A DNA stretch of 63,418 bases, counting the filler, from Octopus bimaculoides (Eukaryota): the NCBI RefSeq assembly GCF_001194135.2. It is 6 parts of 6 records of this genome, joined end to end, with 100 filler letters (N's around TTAATTAATTAA, not from the genome) between each part and the next. Parts side by side here need not be neighbours in the genome. Positions count along the whole stretch, not along the records: positions 1 to 30,130 come from NC_068982.1; positions 30,231 to 42,251 come from NC_068999.1; 4 more parts are not named here. The stretch is one strand, 5' to 3'. The notes under the pieces are model-generated. The model did no database searches. It was not told the origin of the DNA and was given only the letters and a program-made list of their open reading frames with translations. The translations under genes were made by a program, and so were the position numbers. Position 1 is the first letter of the stretch. The number at the start of each line of letters is the position of its first letter. Shown here piece after piece: positions 25,689 through 38,922 of the stretch.

Positions 25689-27544
25689 TAGAGCAGATTT
25701 ATAACCAAAGATGTCCCAGCCTTTATTATTACATGCTATTTATCTACTGCACTTTTCAACATATTCTGCTGTTCTTAAAACAATATGGTGTACGAATTAC
25801 GGCAGACTTTACAGCAATTTCTTACATAGACACTCAATCATCAGCTCATTAACCATTGTTTCTAATGATGGCGATGGATGCGGTAGCTTTAGTGACTTTG
25901 GTGACGGTGGTAGTGAGTGTTGAGGATGCTGGTGGTGTGAAGTGACTAAGTGAAGTACGTAAAAGGGTCCCACTAAATTATTTCCAATTCTAGCTACCGT
26001 GAATTCGACGCTGCCAATTCAATTAGTGAGAAACTAAATAACAGTAAAATTCTGAATTCAAGTCAAACGATTACAAGCCAGAGATATCTTAATGAAATGA
26101 AAACCTATCTTCAATATTATCATATGCCGCGGCTAATGTTGCGCAAGTCCACATTGAGCTATAGTTTCCTTTGGCATTACATCGAAAGAAGTTTCGCATA
26201 TTCATAATTAGAGCTAGGATTTTTTTTTAATGTGGAAATAAATTTTGAAATTGATCAACTAGACTGAAATAATCTGCAGAAAATTTCACCAACGATTTTG
26301 ATTTCTCTCTTTTGTGGAATTAGAAACATATATCAGGACGAGTTTTAGTTAGGTGTTTTTTTTTTCTTTTGTTGAATTATGAACTGCAATGCAGCTTTGA
26401 TTCAACTCTTGTCATTGGTAAGAATAAAGGTAATAAACTGATTCAATTTTCCATAGTATTTCGTTTACGCGACTAACAATAATGATAACAAATGTGAAAT
26501 CTGAAAACCTTTTTCATATTTTAATGATATAATTGGAAATTCTTTGACATCAATGGAATGTTTTCCATCAATTTCAATTTATATTAGTGCTCAAGCCTCA
26601 GTTCTTCGTTTAACTAACAAACCTGACAAAGAAACCTCACAATAATTCATTACTTTCCTCTTAGATGTATCTCAAGTGATTTTTAAACTTTGAGATTCTT
26701 CTAAGCATAATGCATTTCATTGCCATTTTCATAATTATTATTTTTCTTAGAGAATGTCCAAATTAATACAATTATCGATGACTAATACTGCTACTCTATT
26801 ATGATGTTAAAACGCAGTTAACAGTTCTTTAATTTTGAATTTTTATAAATCATAGACTGTCCACAACTCATGTAATTTTATCGCATGGTACATCAGAGTA
26901 AGTTATTGTTGATTTAATCTCTGAAGAATCCTCATTACATTTTGTAATCACAAGTATCAATGCCAATAGAAATAAATCTTCGAGTATAGCAAGGTATGCA
27001 AACATCGCCAAATGTATCGTAATTGCTATATCAGTTGTCACATCTACAGCTCTCAAATAAAATAGAAATTCTGATCCTGCTTCTTTCCAAAAGACTTTGA
27101 TATCGTTAGTTATGTTTGTATAAGGTCAGAAACTGCCCAATATGACCAAGTAATATTCTCAAGCAAGCAATTTCTTCTTCTCTGAAGATGAAATCCGTGC
27201 AGCAACAGCTAAATACGTTTAACGCATTGGTCTTCGACGTGTGGTTTCACTTGCTTTGCAATTAGCTCACGTGCTACATAATTTTCTTGCGTAACGGATG
27301 GTAAGTTGATTACAACGCCTTTTTAAAATCGATTGCAGGTTGCATCAATATTTTCAAAAGATGCTAACTTGCAAAAAAGTAGAGCCCCTTTACAGATGTC
27401 CTAATACTTTACGCTTGGTGAAATAGAGTAGTTCAACATTGTACATTAAAAAAAAAAAAACAGCAAATGAATATTTACAGATAAGAAACCTAAAAACAAA
27501 TATCAGTACATCTTTTTGTCGAACTAGGGTTTGTTCAGTACTTA

Positions 27545-28438
27545 TACTGGGCCATCCCATAAATAAGGCAGTTTTTCAATTGCATGAACTAAAAGTCGGA
27601 GGGTGACGGGATAAACTGCCTGCATCAACTTGCTATAAAAGCAGGTAGTAATTTTACCTTTTCCTGATTATTAGAGCAAGTTTTGAAGAGTACAGTTCGA
27701 TTTTAAGTTATTTTTTCAAGGCTTTAATGGAAGTGATAAAGGATCGTATTCAGCAAATTTTGCTTTATGAGTTCAATAAAGGCAGCAACGCAACGAAAAG
27801 TGCGAGGAATATTAATGCAGTATATGTGAATCAGACAATAAGTGTAAACCAGTGTCAACGGTGGTTCCAGAAATTCCGAAACAGAAATTACGACCTAGAA
27901 TACAAGCTTCGTCCTGGAAGATCTGTAGATCTTGACGAGGACACCCTGCAAACCTTGATGGAACAAAATCTCATCGTAACTGTTGAGGAACCATTCTTCG
28001 ACACCTGCGTGCCATCGGAAATCGACCATCTTTGGTTTCAAGACGAAAGGTGTTCTTCCATCAGGATAATATTCAGCCACATAAAGCGAGGATGACATTC
28101 CAAAGGCTGGAGCAGTTTGAATGGGAAACTCTTCCCCACCCACCATATCCGCCGGACATTGCTCTATCAGATTATCACTTATACCGCAGTTTTCAAAATC
28201 ATTTGGATGAAAAATATGTTAATTTTGTAGACGAGGTCAGAACAGTAATGAAGAAGTATGTTTGGAACCGGAGAGAAGTGAATTTGGGAATCGGGGCGTT
28301 GCAAGTCTACCAGATAGATGGAGGAGTATTGTGGAAAATAAAAGAGAGTATATTTTAGATTAAAAAAGAACTGTATCTTAATTTTGAAAAATGAAAGAAG
28401 TATTTAAAAAACCGCATTATTTATGGGATGACTCAATC
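27545..28438 (+). mobile_element. Mariner (DD34D) transposon, internally deleted, both TIRs present
   Basis: TIRs ctgggccatcccataaataaggcagttttt and aaaaaccgcattatttatgggatgactcaat. HTH N-terminus MEVIKDRIQQILLYEFNKGSNATKSARNIN...CQRWFQKFR...RPGRS at 27727. Catalytic HQDN...HPPYPPDIALSDYHL with 34 residues between the aspartates. The WVPHEL to first-D region is missing. Confidence 0.92.
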
Positions 28439-28985
28439 TTTTTCTCTTCTTAATAATAGTTATCGAAATTTGTTTCTTTACATTATCATTCTTAAATCTT
28501 TAATAACAATAAACAAGTCAGACCTGCCGTTATTTAACAATGCACTTTTATAGTCATAAAATAAGAAGAAAAAAAACCATATTAGATTATAACTGTTGGA
28601 AAGCTATTTTCATAAGAATGCTCGTTTGGGACTGATCTGGATTTATAACGGTAGCTATAAAGACTATGAAATTTTGGTTTCATCGAGTTTAATTTTGTCC
28701 ATTTTTATTCAGTCAAGGTGTTAATACTGCCGATGGTAATTTTGCATTTCATGCTAATATTATCGATAGATGAGACTTGAATCAGCTCAATCGATTCGAC
28801 AGAAAATAGGCTTTGTCGATATATATTTTTTCTATCTTTATTCTTTTACGTTATAATCATTGGTTCACAGCTATGCTGGAGCAAAGTTAATCTGTTAAAT
28901 TAATCGGACGTACGCAAACGAACACTGACTGTAAAGCAATGGTTGAACAAGTGCAAAGATACCCACATATACATATCTGTGTATC

Positions 28986-29028
<43 letters not shown>

Positions 29029-29229
29029 TGTGTGTGAGTACAATGGCCAGACTTCGTCAATCATATTCATTCATAAGGCATTGGTTGATTTAGCGCTGTT
29101 GAAGAAGAAACTTGCTCAAGGTGCTGCACGCTGGAGTTGAACCTGAAAGTACATAGCTGCAAAGCGAGCTTCTTAAACAAGCAGTCGTATATACTTATGA
29201 ATTCACGTTCATATGAATTTTGAGAGCCT

Positions 29230-29780
29230 GAGAACTGCCCACTTGACCAGGCGTGCATGATAAACTCCGTTGTATATGAGGCAGACGTCACAGCAACGCT
29301 TCAAAATAACCTAACCAAAGAGAAAATTTACACCGGTTTATGCGAAAGCGATTTCAAAAGAAATTATGCAAACCATCAATTTTCTGTTAGGCACCTTGGC
29401 AAAAGTAAAACCACTTAGTTGGTTAACCGCGTTTTGCCAATTCAAATACAGCCTATATCAGCTTTGCATTCATCAATGTAGGATATGGTAGATGAAATAA
29501 GCATTACTCATTCACTCATTCCAGCACATCGACAAAAGTAAACCCACTAAGTTGGCTATCCACGTATGGAGTTTTGAAGATCAACTACACACTATATAAA
29601 ATGAAGTGGAGAATCGTAGAGAAATCCCATGACATATGTAAATGGATCTAAGAAATGCAACTTAAGCATAGCTAAAAAATTGCATATTCTTTTTAGACCT
29701 AAGAATGCCATCGCACTACATAACTCAAGATCCGAAATTTTCAGCAAATGGAAGAATGTGGATAAATTTGTTTTGGCGAC
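29230..29780 (+). mobile_element. Penelope-like element, GIY-YIG endonuclease remnant
   Basis: ENCPLDQACMINSVVYEADVT, KIYTGLCESDFKRNYANH, MKWRIVEK and YVNGSKKCNLSIAKKLHIL...NSRSEIFSK follow the Penelope GIY-YIG C-terminal pattern. Frameshifted. Confidence 0.75.
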
Positions 29781-30174
29781 TGGAGGACACGAATCTCTCC
29801 GGATTGAGCAACTGTCTTGCAGACTTTCGACCCTTCTTCATTGAATTATTACACAACTAGGTTTATTATAGCTTTTGCGTCAAAGGGGATGTAACTCTAA
29901 TTTTCCTTCTTTTCCTTACTTTTTTGTTTTTATTTAGCTTTCCACTTTTGCATTAATTTTGTCGCATTTTCTCGTAATTTCTCATGTGACAGCGTCCTAA
30001 TTTTCAAATACAACAGGCTTTGAACATAGAAGAGGCTTTGTGCTTAGAGCTTTGGAGATACAGGGCTTATCATAACATCTACCCAAGCACGTGTTTCCTC
30101 AGCAAGAAATTATTTCTAGCTCCTATCTTTNNNNNNNNNNNNNNNNNNNNNNNNNNNNNNNNNNNNNNNNNNNN

Positions 30175-30186
30175 TTAATTAATTAA
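30175..30186. other. Artificial join spacer TTAATTAATTAA between two 44-N runs
   Basis: Identical 100-bp N44-12mer-N44 cassette also at 42296, 49019, 59241 and 61426. The 12-mer is palindromic with stops in all six frames. Confidence 0.95.
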
Positions 30187-30230
30187 NNNNNNNNNNNNNN
30201 NNNNNNNNNNNNNNNNNNNNNNNNNNNNNN

Positions 30231-30277
<47 letters not shown>

Positions 30278-32302
30278 CATACATCTACATCTACATCTAC
30301 ATATGTATTCATATGCCTACATTCATTCACACACACACACATATATTGAATATATGGGTACGTATCAATGGATGCATGGATGCACGGATGGAAGCATTCA
30401 TGGAAAGTTATATCCGAAATCTACCTAGACCTACCGAAAATTACTAAATTACTAAAACTAAAATAACGTAAAACTTTAGAAAAATTCTAAGCACTTGACG
30501 TATTCTAGTTTCCGAGTTCAGAAACAAAAATCATTTATAAAGTCAGTAGACAACTAAAGCCATATTAGTGATAAAAATAAACATTTATTTTTGTTTAGAT
30601 AATAAAACGAGAAATCTAGTAAATGATGTAGACAAATAAAAACCACTTTTTTCTAATAAATAATCCTATAAACACATATCTCGGTGTGATATGCAGAAAA
30701 CAAACAAAGTCATATGCATTAGAATAAGTAGATATGTTCGATGTATGCTTTCTTTTGACGTGGCCGTGTCTCTTACACAAACGGGAATATAAAATTATGT
30801 ATTTATACTAAACTTTCTTTCATGAGCTGGTGATAGTCTGATTTTTACACACGTCAGTTTTGCCACAATTCTTAGAACCACTGGACATGACGTAAACCAA
30901 CCGAAGATTAGAGAAAAAAATCAGATAACATCATTTGTAAAATTTAAACATACACGCAAAGTTTCTAGAGAAGAGAATGAACTAGAAGAACTGTGAAATC
31001 TTGGGAGTGCCTGTGTATCACTGAAAATAATCAAATAGAAATTTAGAGTAAGATAGCACGTCTATATTTTAAAAATTGGGTTGGGGTTCAAATTCCAATC
31101 GAAGTTTGAAGTGCTAAACGAAATATCAGGAGATATTTCATTCAAAAGGCATAAAGCTTTTGATACCGTCTGCTGCAATATCAGGACTGGAAACTCAGTC
31201 AAACTACAGACTGAAAACGTTAGACATAATTCCACCCATAAATTTGTGCCTCTGTGAGTTGGACAAAGAAATATAAGAATAAAGATATGATACATTGGAG
31301 ACAAACCCTATACGGAGTTCATCGTCACTTTCGTATTTCAGTATATGCGGGTGGATAGCACTGGGATACTCACAAGTGACATGTCATCATCTAATGATCC
31401 ATGAATGCCAGTAGGCCATCGGAAAACTAAGTTTACTTGGGGATGCCTAGAGAAAAGACGTGACTTTTGGCGCAGTAGAAATGACCTAGTTTCTACACAT
31501 GCGGAGGCAAGGGACACTTGAATGAGTTTTGTCTTGAACAACTGGAAAGTGAAGGAAAGGAAAAAATATAAAGCAGCAGAAAGTAGCTACGAGAGCAACA
31601 AAAGTAATAGGCACTAGTTTCTGGAGAACTATTAGTCACTGGTCTAAAGGCGAGCCACTTCACATCATTCTTGGTCTTGGAAATAAATTATCATCCACCG
31701 CTGTTGATAAGAGCAACTATTAAAATGAAATGAAACAAGCATATCTTGATGATGTGGCTTGTTAACTATCTCAATTTACTCAAAAACTGCTAGTGGGTAC
31801 GTTTGGTTGCACGAGAGAGTAATTCATAAAATGTCGAGTAGGTATAAACGTGAGCTGCACGAAAGTTACCGAGCAGATATTTTCTCACCCAAGTATCGGC
31901 GAGAACACAAAATGTTCATGATTTATCACCTATTAAATTATAACTGTATGCAATAACTTTCTCACTAGAAATGATTTATATGTAATTACTTGTGTTTTAA
32001 AAAGGTTTCACTTGTTCTCATTTTAATTCTAAAATGTTTCTCAACCCGCACCGTATCGTTGAATAACATTATGTTCCGCACCATACGTCTTAATAGCGCC
32101 CTGCTTAACGGTGATTGTGTTTCATTGTAACTCTTAGAGTAATTTTAGGCATGAAAGGAACACTGAAGTTGATCTAATCGACTGTTCCCATTCCCCAAAA
32201 CGTCAGGTCTTGTGCTATAATAAAAACGATTATTATCGTCATGTTTTAGAATATGAAATAGTAACCCAGATATTTGTTTACTGCATTTATGCTTGCGTTT
32301 TG

Positions 32303-32340
<38 letters not shown>

Positions 32341-32854
32341 ATTCAGACATGCATATGGATACATATACCATATATAAATCATACATGTTTGCATAAAATA
32401 AGCACGCACTCACACACAAATTGTGCAGGTATACGTAAGTATAAAGCATGTATGGATATGAAAATGTCGATGTTTGTGTATCTATATGTGTGTGTGTATG
32501 TGTCTGTGTATGTGTCTGTGTATATGTCTGTGTATGTGTCTGTGTGTATGTATGTGTGTTTGTGTTTTTGAGAGTTCGGTGTCGCTGTGGGTGCTGGGAT
32601 TGCTATCTCACTAATCTCTAAATTGTGAAAGTACTTTATCGCTTTGCTTAAGCGCCCCCTAAAATGTAGGGCAGGGAAATTGTTGCATTGAAGTAGAACC
32701 TTTAACACATGACACACAGTGAAAGTACGACTAACTGAGGATCTGGAAGAAATATGTCCCGCAGTGCACAATGTATAAGTGTTCAGGATGAGTTAGGAAG
32801 GGCAAATGATTTCGAAATAATTATTGGCATTTTACTTTTGTTAATTTATTATAT

Positions 32855-33000
32855 AGCATGCCGGGAAGAATGCTTAGCGGCGTTTCACCCGTCCTTACGT
32901 TCTGAGGTCAAATTCTGCCGAGGTCGTCTTTACATTTTATCCTTTCGAGGTCGATAAAATAAAGTACCTGTTGCGTATTGGGTCGATGCATAAAGTTCAG
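32855..33000 (+). mobile_element. SINE family B, degenerate
   Basis: aatgcttagcggcgtttcacccgtccttacgttctgaggtcaaattctgccgaggtcg matches family B. Confidence 0.75.
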
Positions 33001-33552
33001 TCAATGTTCCTTTAGCAGAAAGGGTTATATGAATGCCTTTCTTTTACTGAGATTAGTGACTATTTCTCAAATATTCTATCTTCATTTGTCTTGTTTCTTT
33101 CTACCTGCAGCAAAAATTAGTTATGGTGCTTTCCTGAAAAAACATTTATCAAAAATACTTATATATACATATATATACACAAATATATATATNNNNNNNN
33201 NNNNNNNNNNNNNNNNNNNNNNNNNNNNNNNNNNNNNNNNNNNNNNNNNNNNNNNNNNNNNNNNNNNNNNNNNNNNNNNNNNNNNNNNNNNNNNNNNNNN
33301 NNNNNNNNNNNNNNNNNNNNNNNNNNNNNNNNNNNNNNNNNNNNNNNNNNNNNNNNNNNNNNNNNNNNNNNNNNNNNNNNTGTGTGTGTATGTATATATG
33401 TGTATACCTATATGTATATATATATATACATACATATATATACACAAATATATATACAAATATATATATGAATACGTATACGTGAGTGTGTGTGTATGTG
33501 TGCGTGTGTGTCTGTGAATGTATGCATGAAACAAAATTTTTGAAGCATGGTG

Positions 33553-33638
33553 TCTGTGACACTTCGAAGTTTCGGCTTCCTACACTTCGTCACAGAGACT
33601 GACGAAGTCGACCAACCCGAAACTTCGAAGCCACTATC
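33553..33638. ncRNA. Head-to-head pair of degenerate hammerhead-like motifs
   Basis: Plus: CTGACGA 33599-33605, GAAAC TTCGAA GCC. Minus: GTGACGA 33593-33587, GAAAC TTCGAA GTG. Core mutations are present in both. Confidence 0.4.
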
Positions 33639-33806
33639 AACCTTTACTTTTAAAAGTTAAGAAAACATGTATTCTACCAAAAGTCTTACGTAATTCCTCA
33701 GTTTAAGGTTGAATTGTTTTTTTCTATATAACTTGGTATCAAAACAATCATTAAAACATTCGTTGATGTATACACACACACACATACACACACACACACA
33801 CACACG

Positions 33807-33837
<31 letters not shown>

Positions 33838-33861
33838 TTATATATATATATATATATACAA

Positions 33862-34020
33862 AGAGCTTCTTTCAGTTTCCGTCTGCCAAATCAACTTACA
33901 AGGCTTTGGTCGGCCCAAGGCTTTAGTAGAAGACAATGGCACAAGGTGTCACGCAGTGAGACTGAACCTGCAGCCATGTGGTTGGGAAGCAAGCTTCTTA
34001 ACACAGCCGCATCTGTGTCT
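33862..34020 (-). mobile_element. SINE family A, 5' part
   Basis: Reverse complement of the family A head (cttctttcagtttccgtct...aaggtgtcacgcagtgagactgaacc). Confidence 0.8.
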
Positions 34021-34911
34021 GCATACATATAATTGTGCGTGCGTGTGTGCGCGCGCGTATGTGTGTGTATAAATTAATGTACATATTTATATGCTTGTGT
34101 AAATGCATATACTTATGTGTACACGTATATTAACACGCTTATATATGTGTATATATATAACATGTATATATATATATGCGAGCGCTTTTGTGCCTGCATA
34201 CACGAATATATATGGTGAGGTATTCGTGAATTTTTTATGTGGAATATACAAGTAAACATGCTAAGGTGCTAGGTGCAGTGTTTCACTTTATTAGATTCAA
34301 TGACTATTATGCCAAGTTCACCTAGGTGTACAGAGATATTGACTAAAGTAGTTCCGTGTCAAACAGCTTGAAATAAATGTCTTTTTCACCTGAAATGACG
34401 GATACCCGCAGTTCTTGACAGTAATAAACCTGTGTCGAACGAGGCACCACTAAGGTAGCCAGGTGCACACATGATATATTATACCTTCCAGGAACAATTG
34501 CATTGCGCGTGTATATATACATACATATATATAGGTGTGTGTGTGTGTGTGTGTATGCGTAGATGTACATAAATGTATGTATCAATATACATGTATATTC
34601 GAATATATATCTGTGAATATATCTCGTTACACAAATATATACATATATAAATAAAATAAGTATATATATGTATATGTATATATATNNNNNNNNNNNNNNN
34701 NNNNNNNNNNNNNNNNNNNNNNNNNNNNNNNNNNNNNNNNNNNNNNNNNNNNNNNNNNNNNNNNNNNNNNNNNNNNNNNNNNNNNNNNNNNNNNNNNNNT
34801 GTGTGTATGTATGTATGTATGTATGTATGCATATATACATACATGTATATATATATATATAAGTATATATTAACACATATACATATATCTATCGGGTTAA
34901 ACATTACCCTA

Positions 34912-34969
<58 letters not shown>

Positions 34970-35036
34970 CCTCTCTCTCTCTGTATATATATCTGTATAC
35001 ATACATATATACACATATACACACACAAACACGCAG

Positions 35037-35068
<32 letters not shown>

Positions 35069-35090
35069 GTATATACATGTATATATATGT

Positions 35091-35122
<32 letters not shown>

Positions 35123-35139
35123 GCGTGCGTGTGAATGCG

Positions 35140-35275
35140 CATTGCTTAGTGGGTAGAGCTCCGACCTTACGACCGTGAGGTCGTGAGTTCGAATCCCGGA
35201 CCGGGCTACGTGTTGTGTTCTTGAGCAAGACACTTTATTTCACGTTGTTCCAGTTCACTCAGCTGTAGAAATGAG
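35140..35275 (+). mobile_element. SINE family D, 5' part
   Basis: gagttcgaatcccggaccgggct...cttgagcaagacactttatttcacgttg matches 9658. Confidence 0.85.
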
Positions 35276-35994
35276 GCACACTCAGAAAGAGGCACACTCA
35301 CACAGAGGCACACTCACCCGCACATAAAACCACACACGGAGCTCACAAGAGCACGCGACGACAAACACATCCACGTATATAAACCATGCTGACACACGTA
35401 AAAACACACACAGAGACACGCGCACTCAAACACAGACATACACAGGGAACGCACACACACACACACACACCGCATGCAGCCACACATACATACACATAAG
35501 AATGCACACCCAGATGCTTACTTATTCCAAAAAAATGCAACATTAATATCATACGCACAAGCATATACACACACTCATGCTGGAATACATTCTCATATGA
35601 AAACACATTCACTCATACACAAACACACATACAAGCAGTTATATAGATTTACATACTCATCCACATACATACACACACACTCATCCACATACACACACAC
35701 ACACGTACACACAGGCACACAGACTCTTTGTTTACTTTCTCACACTTTATCTTCTCTCCTACGCAAGCGCACATCCACGTAGATACATACAAGCAGACTT
35801 CGGGAGCGAGTGTTGGAGAACCTAAGTCACTGAAAAGGTCGCGAAGGCGACGAAAGGCTTTCGGTTAACAAACAACGGACTGATTACATGTGTGATTATC
35901 ACTGGCGTAATGACGTTCCCAAGACAAGAAAATTTACTACAATACAAGAATTCACAAGAATCTTGAAAACCAAATTCAAAACGAAATATATATA

Positions 35995-36402
35995 GGCGCA
36001 GGAGTGGCTGTGTGGTAAGTAGCTCGCTTACCAACCACATGATTCCGGGTTCAGTCCCACTGCGTGGCACCTTTGGCAAGTGTCTTCTACTATAGCCTCG
36101 GGCCGACCAAAGCCTTGTGAGTGGATTTGGTAGACGGAAACTGAAAGAAGCCCGTTGTATATATGTATATGTATATATATATATAAGTGTGTCTGTGTGT
36201 TTGTGTTTGTCCCCCGAACATCGCTTGACAACCGATGCTGGTGTGTTTACATCCCCGTAACTTAGCGGTTCGGCAAAAAGTGACCGATAGAATAAGTACT
36301 AGGCTTACAAAGAATAAGTCATGGGGGCGATTTGCTCTACTAAAGGCGGTGCTCCAGCATGCCCGCAGTCAAATGACTGAAACAAGCAAAAGAGTAAAAG
36401 AG
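35995..36402 (+). mobile_element. tRNA-derived SINE family A, full-length reference copy
   Basis: tRNA-like head with A and B boxes, internal (TA)/(TG) tract, tail ggcggtgctccagcatgcccgcagtcaaatgactgaaacaagcaaaagagtaaaagag. More than ten copies in the window. May correspond to a described octopus SINE family (OK/OR1/OR2); assignment not verified. Confidence 0.92.
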
Positions 36403-37411
36403 TATATCATTTTATTATCCACGAAGCGACAGCGTCTCCGCCGCATAGAGTTTTGTGTGAATACCGTAATCAACGTTCATAAAGATGCTTTGGCATGAAA
36501 CACTAGGCCTACTGTTGTGAATATTTTTTTTTTTCTGTCACTGTGACACTGAAAACCAAATGCAATATGACAGGCTCACCTCACTTTTTATAAAAACCTG
36601 TTTTATAGTTAAAAGTTTAGAAAATATGTTATTACTCGCATCGTTTTATTTTAAAAGCTTGTTGAAACGTTAATCTCATTTTCTTTAGTTCTTATCTTTT
36701 TACAACTTTGGGATATATTTACGATAAAAGATGAACAGCCTCGCATTCCTTTAAAAATACATAGAATTGTTCTTTCGATTTTCTTTTATGCTTTGCATTT
36801 AAAATTGGTCATGGAAGAAAATTCTAAACCCTACAAATATGGTGTTGAAAATTGAATCAAAATATAAAGAAAAATAAACTTTTTTTCTCAAGTTCTGAAG
36901 AATATTTTTGTCTGACGGAAAGCCAAAACATCTCAAGATGCCGATTGTTATATTTGATTTCCAGTCCAAGATCAATGGATACGAGAGCCAACTCTTGTTC
37001 TTCAGACAATTTCAAAGAAAAAATAATTGTAAATTGTGTGAATTGTTTTCGAAACTGAACATATTGTTATGTTTAATGACGGAAAATAAAATCTCACTTT
37101 TTCCATTAGTGTTGCCAACTATTCACCTATGTCTGGAATTAGTTTTTTCATATCAGTTTTTCGCACAAAATCAGGTGCAGTATGGCTGAATGGTTAAGAA
37201 CTGGCTTCGCCATCAGGCGGTGCCACTTTCGATTCCACTACGTGGAAAGTGGGCGACTGTCATTTTCTGTAGCCTTAATTTGTGAATGAAACTTGGAAGA
37301 CAAAAATTGTACTGAAGCCTGTCCAACATATTCAAACAGTAATCTAAAGCGTACAGCCTCGTCACGGGCTGTACTGTTCTGATTGTACACGAGATCTACA
37401 TTAAGAGTACG

Positions 37412-37520
37412 CACAGGAGCGGTAGTGGCTGTGAGGTAAGTAGCTTGCTTACCAGCCCCATGGTTCCGGGTTCGGTCCCACTGTCTGGCACCTTGCGACA
37501 AGTGTCTTCTACAAGTGCCT
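37412..37520 (+). mobile_element. SINE family A head (an older copy also lies at about 37180-37340)
   Basis: gtggctgtgaggtaagtagcttgcttacc...ggttccgggttcggtcccactg. Confidence 0.8.
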
Positions 37521-37599
37521 TTACTTCGCATTGATTTAGCCTTATCTACCATCTTTTATACAATACACTCTATACAATGCTGCATAGTAATTATTCCAT

Positions 37600-37638
<39 letters not shown>

Positions 37639-37905
37639 NNNNNNNNNNAGGACACAGTCGTGTGTCGATAAGCCAGCTGGAGGAGATGTCCTCCTGGGGC
37701 TAAAAGCAACAGTAACATCCACCCCTAGGGGTCAGCCACACTTAAGTGGCAATATACTACACTTTATATATATATATATATGTATGTATGTATGTATATG
37801 TATATATATATATATATATAAATATATATATAAATTTTATTCTTTACCAAGAAAAGTATTCACATAATCCTCGAAGTTCAGCCCACCTTAGCTATCGTCA
37901 GACCT

Positions 37906-37950
37906 ACAGATTGATGATGGCTTTGCTGGCCGAAACTTCGAAGTCACTGT
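37906..37950 (+). ncRNA. Degenerate minimal hammerhead-like motif
   Basis: ACAGA TTGATGA T GGC tttgctg GCC GAAAC TTCGAA GTC A CTGT. C3 is replaced by T; the other core positions and GTC are present. Confidence 0.45.
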
Positions 37951-38865
37951 CAGCACTATTTTTGTACTATATTTCTATTCTACCAGATGTATGGAGTAAT
38001 CCTTCAGAACATAAGAACAAACATTAACCTATATATGCACACACACACAATATATATATATATATATACATGACGCGCTTCCGCACAGTTGCGGTCTACC
38101 ATATTCATTAACAATGCATTGGTCTGTCTAGAGTTGTAGTAGAAAACAATGTGCCAAAGCTCCACCTAGCGCGGAAGTTGAACCCTGGACATAACAGTTG
38201 CAAAGCTAGCTTGTTATCCACACAGCCATAACATTTTTATGACCGCCATTTTGTTTTTAATAAAAGTAAAATGGCTGTTCACCCAATTTGATCTAAATTT
38301 AATTGTTCAATTATACTCCTCATAATTATTCAATCATAGATTATAAACTTAGAAAAGGACGAGTTGTAATATTAGTTTCAAAATTCGTCACAAGGCCAGC
38401 ACGTTTGGAGGAGGTGGGATAAGTCAATAACATCGATTCCATTGCTCAACTGGTACTTTATTTTATTGTTCTCGAAGTTCGAAAGGCAAAGTCGACTTCA
38501 AATGAATCTGAACTCAGAACGTGAAGACGAAATAAATGCCGCTAAACATTTCGTATTATCATTGATATGTTAAAGAATAATATTCGTCATATTTGGAAAT
38601 AAAACCGATCTGGAAAATGGAGCCTCATCAGAGTGAAGAAAAAGACATACAAGAAAAGAAAAGAAGAAGCTGGAGAGGAAGAAGAGGAGGCTGAATATAA
38701 TTAAAATCATAGTATTTTGCTTATGTGTCTTTTTGGGACTTTGAGTAAATGACTAAACTTAAAAGACTAATCGACGGGCTAAATTTTTTTGTATGGGGGT
38801 AAAACGGTGGATAAGTAATAAAAATGTAAAAATAAGAAAATTAAAAGATAGTGAAGATAAAAATA

Positions 38866-38922
<57 letters not shown>

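Noticed and set aside
26868-27056. Minus-strand TM-like ORF and overlapping Cys-rich frame CRCDN-stop-YSNYDTFGDVCIPC
   Set aside because: Competing frames, an in-frame stop and weak splice context; cannot be told from chance.
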